A DNA stretch of 64,000 nucleotides, taken from assembly GCA_000002435.2 (NCBI GenBank), contig CM018792.1; one strand, given 5' to 3'. The translations under genes were made by a program, and so were the position numbers. The notes beneath the pieces were generated by a model. It was not told the DNA's origin. It ran no database searches and saw nothing but the letters and a program-made list of their open reading frames with translations. This DNA comes from Giardia intestinalis. Lineage: Eukaryota. Below, piece after piece: positions 19,901 to 28,900 of this stretch (its first letter is position 1; every line of letters starts with the position of its first letter).

Positions 19901-22900
19901 CTGTTTTCCCGCTACCTGCCGGTCCTATTAAGAGTACGTGTCTACCCTGGTCCACTAGAGAGCCTAGATACATTGCGTACGCTTGCGTATCCACATTAGG
20001 AACAAGCTGAGACCCCGCAGACGTCGATTCCAGTGTAGGGTTATGTAATGGGTGTGTAAGTTTGTTCCTGGGCATACTCGCGTCTTCAAAGCGCGCCCTT
20101 CTAGTGTGGGCTGTTAGTGAGCTCTCCATAAGCGTCGACATGCTCTCATGGATTGTAGAAACAAAGAAGCTACGTAGCTCACAATTCTCAGGATCGTTTA
20201 GCTGCCAATACTCACTGTTTATGGAGCAGACGTATGTTAGCAAAGAGGTGTGAGCAGGCTGAGTTGGTGGTCTGCGGCCATCCTCTTCATAGCTGGATTG
20301 AGGCGGAGGGTGTTGGACAGTTGCTGATAACCATAGGGACGATGATGCATTGAGATCGGACGAATCTGGAATTGTGTGCGCCTTTGTGACCAAGGAACGT
20401 TCCTGAGTATTTAAGCGAGAAGACGTTGTGTCGGAAGTGCGCTCGACACAGTATCCAGCGAACACTTCCGGTGCTGACGGTTTTGTATTGAAGTACGTAA
20501 TCGCCAAGAGATCAAACTGTAAGTCGTCCGCGTCGTCAGCATTGCTTGCATCCCCAGAGCCAGAGTGAGTAGGGGTCTTCGTGGAGACCTCACTAGAAGG
20601 CTGATCAAGATAGTCTGAATAGTACCTACAAACAAGATTGGACAAAGAGTGGCGCTCTGCAAGAGGTAGCTGACAGCTGAGAGACCAAGCCAATCCGAAG
20701 ATGAATTGTCTAACGTAAAACAAAATGAGCCTGTTATATGAGATTCCTGAGAAGGACAGAACGCGAGAAACAGTCTGAGGGCTCACCAGTTTCTGCAGAT
20801 CCATTGTGCGAAGAGACAGCCGAGCTTCAGCTAAGCCTAATTCAATTTGCGTTATCTTTGTACGAAAATACTTCTCTGCTTCTGCCACAGCTGCCTTAAG
20901 CATCATCACAAGGGTTGCTAGAACTCTTGTTACAGAAAAGTCAATAGGAGAGTATTGCTTGTAGCGACCTTTAGCATGGTCCAGAAGCTCGGATAGCGTG
21001 CCAGAAAAGCTAGTTGATGAAGTGTTGATGTCAGCAGAAATCCCCTTCAGAATGCCATCAATGAACTCTCCACTTCCCGTTGCGAGGCCTTTACCCGTGC
21101 GGAACAAGCGTCCCAAAGTGCCCGTCTTGTGAGTGATTACTGTGCCGGATGGTGCTTGCTGTGTGTTAGTCAACTGATCAATGAGCCCGTGGCACGCGAT
21201 AAAACTTTGGTGAAATGTAACGTATAGAGGCGTACTCGCGAAAAGGAAAGAGCTAAAAACGTCGAAGGCTACCGCATTAAGGCACGCTAATACGTATTTC
21301 TGTGTATGCAAGTTAGGGATTGAGTTGGAAAGATTGGCTCTAGAAGGGAGCCCTGTTTGAGTCCGTGTCTGTGCCGGGGGTTGCTCGGTTCGCCTAGAGT
21401 GCCCGGTTTCTGAAATCAAAGACAGAAGGCTCGATGCGTGCGGGTTGTCCATGACGAGTTGACGCTTAAGACAGCCGTATGCAAGATCTGATGCTGGCAC
21501 AGTATCTGCGTGATGAATGCTGACAGAGCACCGTGAGATGGTGGCCAAGGTTGCATGCCGGAGTGTAGAGCTTTCAAAAACAAAGCGGACGCTGTCTGGT
21601 ATGTGAATTCTCTCGCCTGTGCAAAGAGTTAAGCAACGATTTCCATCCAAGACGGAGTTGAAGGCTTCAATCCAGTCTGGATTAATATCGCAATCAAATA
21701 GAAAGAAGAATCTTGGCCATCGGCTGAGAAGACAGGGAGTGCCTGAGTCCATGTTTTCGCTAAGGGCAATGGCCTCTCGTAGAGCCCGAAGAAAGCTGCT
21801 ATCTATCCATTCACGTGAAGGCTCAATTAAAGTGCCGAGAAGCTTAGTTTTAGCTTGCAATGCCAGAGGAGATACGGTGTATGTAGTCAAAGCTCCCTGC
21901 GAAACACCCGTCAATTCTGTAAGAAAGGACGCCAAGGCCCGTCGAGCACCATAATAGACCTGTTGCGCAGCTGTCTTTCCTGTGGATGAGGTGCCTGCAA
22001 TAATGGTTCCAGGGCTGAGACAGAGGCACATGTGAAGATGCAGCACCTTGTCTAGGAAGGCTTGATTAGGAACGAGCCCCATTTGCAGTGTAACTTGTGA
22101 TACAAACTTCGTCAACAGGTCATCAAGACTAACACTTTCCAGCAGCTTGAGAGCATGCCTGTAGTTAGACGATTCAGGGATAGTAATCTGCCGCCTAGAG
22201 CAGTCGCTACTCAAGCGTGCCCGTATCGTGGCCTCACAACGCCCAAAGGTGGAGCAGATGAGATCATTAAATTGAGGAATGTCATGGTGAGAAAGCGTTG
22301 GAAGGAGGGTTCGACGTATGCCTGTGACAAGGATATATCGTTCTGCTGCTTCACGAATGTCCGGAGAATCGGAGCTGAGGAGTTGCGTTAACGATGGCTC
22401 GTCCTCAATAAGCAACTGGCCTGCGCGCAATGCCATGCGAATACTACGCAAACCCAAGTCGTGCGCAAAATGGAAGGATGATTTGGACGCCTGTTCAGCA
22501 TCTGACTGGATGTGGGCGACAACTGCCTCCAGCCGTTGATAAAACATGCAGACAAGTCGACTGAGAACTCTCCCAAACGTGAAACCCAAGGAGACCAGTA
22601 GTACGTCAACAATGCTCTCCACCTCTGCCTGGGACATCATTACTATTCTGAAGAGAGCACTGATGTTCTTTGGAAGAGTACGGCGTCCCTTGTATGAAGG
22701 GTTCATTGTTATGAAGCATGCAAACTCACGCAGCTGAGAAAGGCGGGACGGATCATATTTCTGCGAGTTAAGCGAGAACTGAGCCATGAAACTATTGGCT
22801 GTCCGCCGTAGCTCGTGGGTAGATGCCTCGATCAGGGTGTCATTCCCTAGTTCTAGGACGCGTCTGTAGCTTTCCTCCTTGGATAGGAGTTCTTGAATTG

Positions 22901-25900
22901 CGTCGACGATAAGGCTAATCGATGATAAATTGTCGACTGCCAAACGATTAAATTCGTCAAAGCAGACCACACACCCCAGCAGCAAGGCACCAATCATTAT
23001 GCGCACCACAGAAGCATAGTCAAAGGCCTCGTCACAGTTAAAAACAAAGCATGGCCTACCTAGGTGTGCTGACAGTTGACGTGTTGACTCCGTCTTCCCA
23101 GTGCCAGCTGGACCAACGGGGCTAATGAAGAACTGCGATCCTATGGCTATCAGTGATTGGGTGTAGTGACTACTTGTAAGCTCTGTTTGCACCAAATGCG
23201 GAGATGAGCCAACGTAGTTACAGCTATAGACGTGCGAATAGGACAAAACCTTCACAAGTATTGGACACTCATAGATTTTCTGCCAGGGGCTGGGGTTGAG
23301 GACAAGGGATCTAAACGGCTTAGCGCTGACATAGTACTTCATTGCAAAGAACCGATCCAAGCGTTTTTCATCGCTTCGCCCCTGTGTCGCCTCAAGTGAG
23401 ACAACTGATTGGAGAAAGATTATCTCGGGTAAAAGACAGTGTATATTGTAGAGTCCCTTATACGTCACCTGTATATATGCGAGAAGCTCCTTGAGGGCAA
23501 CACCTGTGCGATTCAAATCCACTCTATCCGGATCATCTGTATATAGGTCCAATATCTCCGTAACTACGAGATGCAGCCCAACAATAAACGCTTGGCACGT
23601 ATGTGACTCTAACAAGCAGGGTATCTGCGAGGATGCAACAGCCACAGAGTCACTTAGAAAGGTGAGAAGAACACGTCTGCAGTGAAGAATCTGTTCGTAC
23701 ATACTTAGCCTAATAGACGTCTCCAGCTTGAGAAGAAACGGATGAATAGCAATTTCATTTGCGGAACTCGCCACCAGGTCACTGATGCTGAAGAACTGAG
23801 AAGAATCCAGGTGAAACCTTTCACCCTCAGGTGATACAATCCCAACTATCAGGAGGCGGGCTCCAGTCAGAGACGATGGTATAAAGTCATCATTCTCACA
23901 CGGCTCAGCGCAGTGACACAAGTCGCTGCTTGATGCGAAAATGAAGTGGGCAAAACCGGGAAAGATCTTGCTCAAGTGTTTTTCAAGCATGCAAATGTCG
24001 CTGTTATTTGTTGAGACACCAATAACCTGAGAGCTGTTTGAATGGTCAGAACAATGAGGCATAAGCAGTGATGAAAGCGCAGTGATGACACTAAGGATGT
24101 TGTCGTCGGTGAGGAAGAAGAGCCTTGGCGAAACATAGCGCTGCTGCTCGATAAACGTAGCAAGGGACTTAGCTATATATTGGAGTGAATCTTTAATAGT
24201 TAGAATCTTGGATGTACATGCCTCAACACCCCCAAGGAAAGAGAAGAAATGAACAAGATTGTCTGTCGTACCTTTGGAAGGCATGTCAGACAGGTGGCTA
24301 TACATAAAGGCCAGGTCGGCGACAGCAGTTTCATACCTAAGCACAGCATCCTTTATGTAGCGCTTAACAATGGCCATATTCTGTGCAAGCACAGAGGATA
24401 GTTGAATATATTCTGACTGTGTCTCTGTCAGAGCCTTCACGGCCGCGAGATATAGAATAAAGGTCTCCTGGAGTACTATTAACTGAGAGCTAAACTCCGT
24501 ATAGAATGGGGTAGTTGACAGGTCCGAAATGCTAAGGAGTGCCGATTCCAAACTTTTTGTTATGTCAGCAAGGTTACTAATAATGTGAGTATCATTTCGG
24601 TGTACGAATGTTAGGGGTATGCTCTTGGACAGTAGAGTATGTGCGTTAATCATGCCGTACACAGAGGAACGTGCTCGTGCCTGAGATAGAATGCTTTCAC
24701 ATATGCCAGTAAGAACCCTGAGAGGCTCCTTGTCTTGAGTGTGGACAACTGAGCCGGAATCAGAAGAGGCGCCTTTCTGAGACGTTAGTGACTGATGCGA
24801 CAAGCTCAGGAAGAGCAGGAGATGATCGAGAAGCTCATACACGGTGTATGTCTGAAGCCGTGTCTGAATATTTAGAGCGGGAGGAAAATTGGCTTGAGTG
24901 CCGCACACAAATCTAAGCTCAGCAAGAAATTCTGGCCAGTGAGAGGGATGGAAAGAGGTGGGATTGCACAGCTGGACTAGATATGGCTGGAGCGTAGCGA
25001 GCGTATGGGTGTACCCCGACAAGGCGGCAGTAAGTTTGGAAGGGTTTTTCCAGGTAGTGCTGTTTTGTTCTAGCCATTTAACCACCTTCTGATTGCCCTG
25101 GAAGACCCCACCCAGCTCTAAATAGTCTTCAATAAGATGCTCTAGCTCGTGGCAAAAAGCTGACAATGCAGAGTCGATTGCTGCTGAGTTACAGTCTAGT
25201 ACTGATGAATTGAGATCTCGCCCTTTTAGTCCGTCAAACAGGTGAGTCAGCTTGTGACAGAGAGGCAAGTAGGTTGAGTCAATAACCTCCGTCGCCACTA
25301 TGAGGGCCTCCATGTCGGCATTGGTACACGTTGACATGTTGATGCCAAATAACGCTGACGCTGACGCAGCAACTCCAAGAATGTCAGTGAGGTCTTTCTG
25401 CAGATCAGCAAGCCGCTGCCGAACTTCCTGAACATGCTTTAAGAGAATTCCTGGGTCAAGGCTGCCATCTGGCGTGAGTACGTCCGGACACATGAGGGAG
25501 GGATCAGTAACTTTTGCAATGTTGACAAGACTGGATTCATGGAACAAGTTCTCGGTGGCCTGCAGGTTTGCTAGTATCCTTGCTGAGGATACCTTGTCTT
25601 CCAGCACCCGTGCCTTCAGATACGAATATCTTTCGGCAAACGTGGGATAAACATTGTCGATGAGAGCGTCCACCATAGACTGCTCGTTAGCTGTCAGGAC
25701 AAGTGTTGCACGGAGACGGGGAAGCAGATCCTTATGTTTGATATAGAGCCCATCCGCGTCTGCTGAGTGAGCAAGACACTTCAGAACAGCCACAGAATCA
25801 TTCCAGTCCACTTCGTCGCGCGGATTACCGCGAGGACCACTGAGATCCTGCAGCTCGGTGTTCAATCGAGAGAAGAGGCGTGTCAAATGATCGATCAATG

Positions 25901-28900
25901 CTAGTGTACACTCTGTCACCTTGGCGAGTACGCTGTTCTGGAACGCTTTGTATCTATTATAAAAGGCCTTCTTGAAGTCATCCGAGACAGATAGCTCAAC
26001 CAGACGTAAAAAGCTCTCCTTTTCGCCATCGTTTAACAAGAAGTAATAGGCTTCCTGAAAATCTTTGTCTGCATGATCCAGAACATGTACCCACGAGTGG
26101 AGCTGTGAGTTAGTCACACTATGAGATTGAACAAACTTTTCCGCCCTATCCAGTGCCCACGTGTCAACACACACGTGGATACGCACAAGGCGCCTGGTAA
26201 ATCTGCTAGAGCTCCTGATAGCATCCGCACGAATTTCGTTCAGCAGTTGAGTTACTAGGTTAACATTATTGTGGAGTTTTAGCTCACCGCCATGTAGCGT
26301 ATCCACTTGGATGGCGAAGATCATGCGAGAAAAGGACTCTATTGTTGGAACGTGTGCCTTATAAAGATGCTGTGTATTCATTAAACCCCCACGAGATGCA
26401 ACGTCAGCGTCAGCTGGAGAAGGGGCAACGTCTGAAAGCAGGCAGAGTGCAGACGGATCGACTGGAAGCTCACACCCTATGATTCCAGAAACTATAGTGT
26501 CCACGATTGATAGAAAGGCAGGAGACTTCAATGCGGCAAGAGCGTGTGCTTCTCTGGGCTCAACATGCATTAACGCATCATCAAGAGAAACAGTCAAGTG
26601 CCTGCATGCGTTGGCCACGAATGGGAAAAGTGACTGTTTGGCAGCTCTAAATTGATGATAGTCAGTGTTGGTAAGTGAGGTTTGATAGTTTTGGAGGGCA
26701 TTGGAGTCGCCCAGAAACTGCTCCCTAAGAATAAGAAGGGCATAGATTAGCCGCGTCGTCATGATGCGCGAGATTAAAACAGAAAGCGAGTAATGAGTCG
26801 CCAGACGTCCCGGATCAGAACGCTTCTGGCTAGACGTCTCTGTGGAGAGTACACCGTTAGCGTCTAGACGGTTGAGAGAGTATCTTAGCTTGTCAAGAAG
26901 TTTAGCGACTGAGGACTGTTTTGAAATTATAAGTTCAGAAATAATTTCGCGGATAATCTCTGTCTCCGAAACAATAGATATAAATGCCACATCAAGCTGT
27001 GCTACGGAGCGATAAAGTTTGCGGAACTGATTAGAGAGGATAGCAGTGTATGCGTCAATTGTACCATTCTCGGGCAAGCTATCCTGGCGGACCATGTCGC
27101 CGCATTGGGAGCCGGAATGTGTGGCGTAAGTCATTGAAAAGTCGTTATCGACGTGAACTAGCTGCAGAGGAAGAGACAGGAAGTACGGGGAAAATAGAGC
27201 TTCATAAAAGGGAGAAACATTGGGGCGATTCTCGGAGCCATAGATATCGCTTATAGAGTAAAACTTGACATAATTTGGACACAGCTCTCCAAAAATAGAT
27301 AATCGTACAAGGATTGCATAAATCTGTGATATGTTAACGGAAAGATTGTACGATAGCGAGCTGTTATCCATGACCTTCTTGGAGTTTCCCGTTGTGCCCA
27401 TCCAGGCGGCCAGATGCCCAATCAGTTGCGAAAACTTCTTTAGTGCTGGGAGCAGTATCCCAACAATAGCGTTGAACAGGGACTGGTACCTTTGCATGAT
27501 AGAGCTGTGGAGTATCTTTGAAGCGTTTGGCAGCCTTCCAGCGACAGCAAAGGAGCTGCAGAGACTCTGGGCACTGAAGAGTGAGGGAACAGGCGTAGTC
27601 ACCAATAAGTCAGGGGGCGACGATGCCTCTAGTGCCGAGTCTGTTGTCAACAGGTGAAGGGTCTTGGGGAGACGGGAAACTGTAAGAATTCCAGCCTGAC
27701 GCGTAGAGAGTTCTTGATATCTAGTGGAATCTCTTTCAAATGCAAGAACGTGCTCGCACAAAAATTGAGATAGATGAGTGGCCTCGAGGCCAGTATCAGG
27801 ACAGTAAAAGGATGAGATCAGGAGCTCAGTCCAAAGCTCGCCCCACTTGCTATACTTAGAAGAGAACGTATTTAAGTTCGCAGCAAGAGCAGTGCTAATT
27901 TTGGAAATGGAGCTGAGTGAATCTGCTTTGATTACAGACGAACGAACTAGTAGAACACCGAGCAGCTCAATGCTGAATACATGCCTGCTTCTGGAAAACA
28001 AAAGCAAGGAAGCAGTCAGGAGATTGGGAAGGATAGTGCTCCTAATCAGGAGGGTTCCGGCAGCCTCTCTGATATCGTCTATCTCTAGTTGTTGAAGATG
28101 AGTGTTTTCATTGCTGACCACCGCCTTCCTGTAGTACTCAATCAGCTCACAAAGCAGTAGCTCTCTTATTTCTACGTGTTCTCTCTGAGTTCTGAGCTGC
28201 AAATACACGTTCTGTTCTGTTGAGCTAAGTGTCTTGCTAAGTTCTGCGGTAAATTTGACTATCAAGGCGTTGTAATAATTTTTGGTTCCTGGCTGCAAGG
28301 ACGCAATTATAGCAAATCGAGAGAAGTGTTCTCCATATCGTGTGATAAACGTGTGGATGTTGTTTGTGGAAAAGAGGCTGTCTAGGATGCCCTTGTATAT
28401 ATCCTCGTAGCTATTCATAGAGGCCAGGAGACCGGGGATAGATGTAAGCCCTCGAAGCACGGTGGCTGCAGCTGGGTTGTTTGGGAAAAGGCTACAGGAT
28501 GGCGCTTTTGGGTGAATAAATGAGCGAGTAAAAAGATAGGAAAGTTGTTGCAAATATTGATAAGAACAGTCAGGGACATCATCCTGCTCAGGAGACAGCT
28601 GTGCCATGAAAGCTAGCTCGTGTGACCGGGCTAGCCTAAGCACGTCTGTGAGCCGGTCTATCAACGACGCAGGTACATGGGGTACAGATGTACAGAGAAG
28701 TTGGACATGCTCTCGGAGTCGCTGTATATCTACAAGCGCTCCAGAAAGAGCAATTAACCTGGCGGAAAAGTCAACAAGCATATCCGAATCCATAATCTCG
28801 TACGGCGGGGCATATGCAGCTAGCTTGAATGTAAGAGAGGTATACTTCTCAATAGCCTTTACGCCAGCCAACTCAGAGATTAGATTCTGGGAGATAGCTC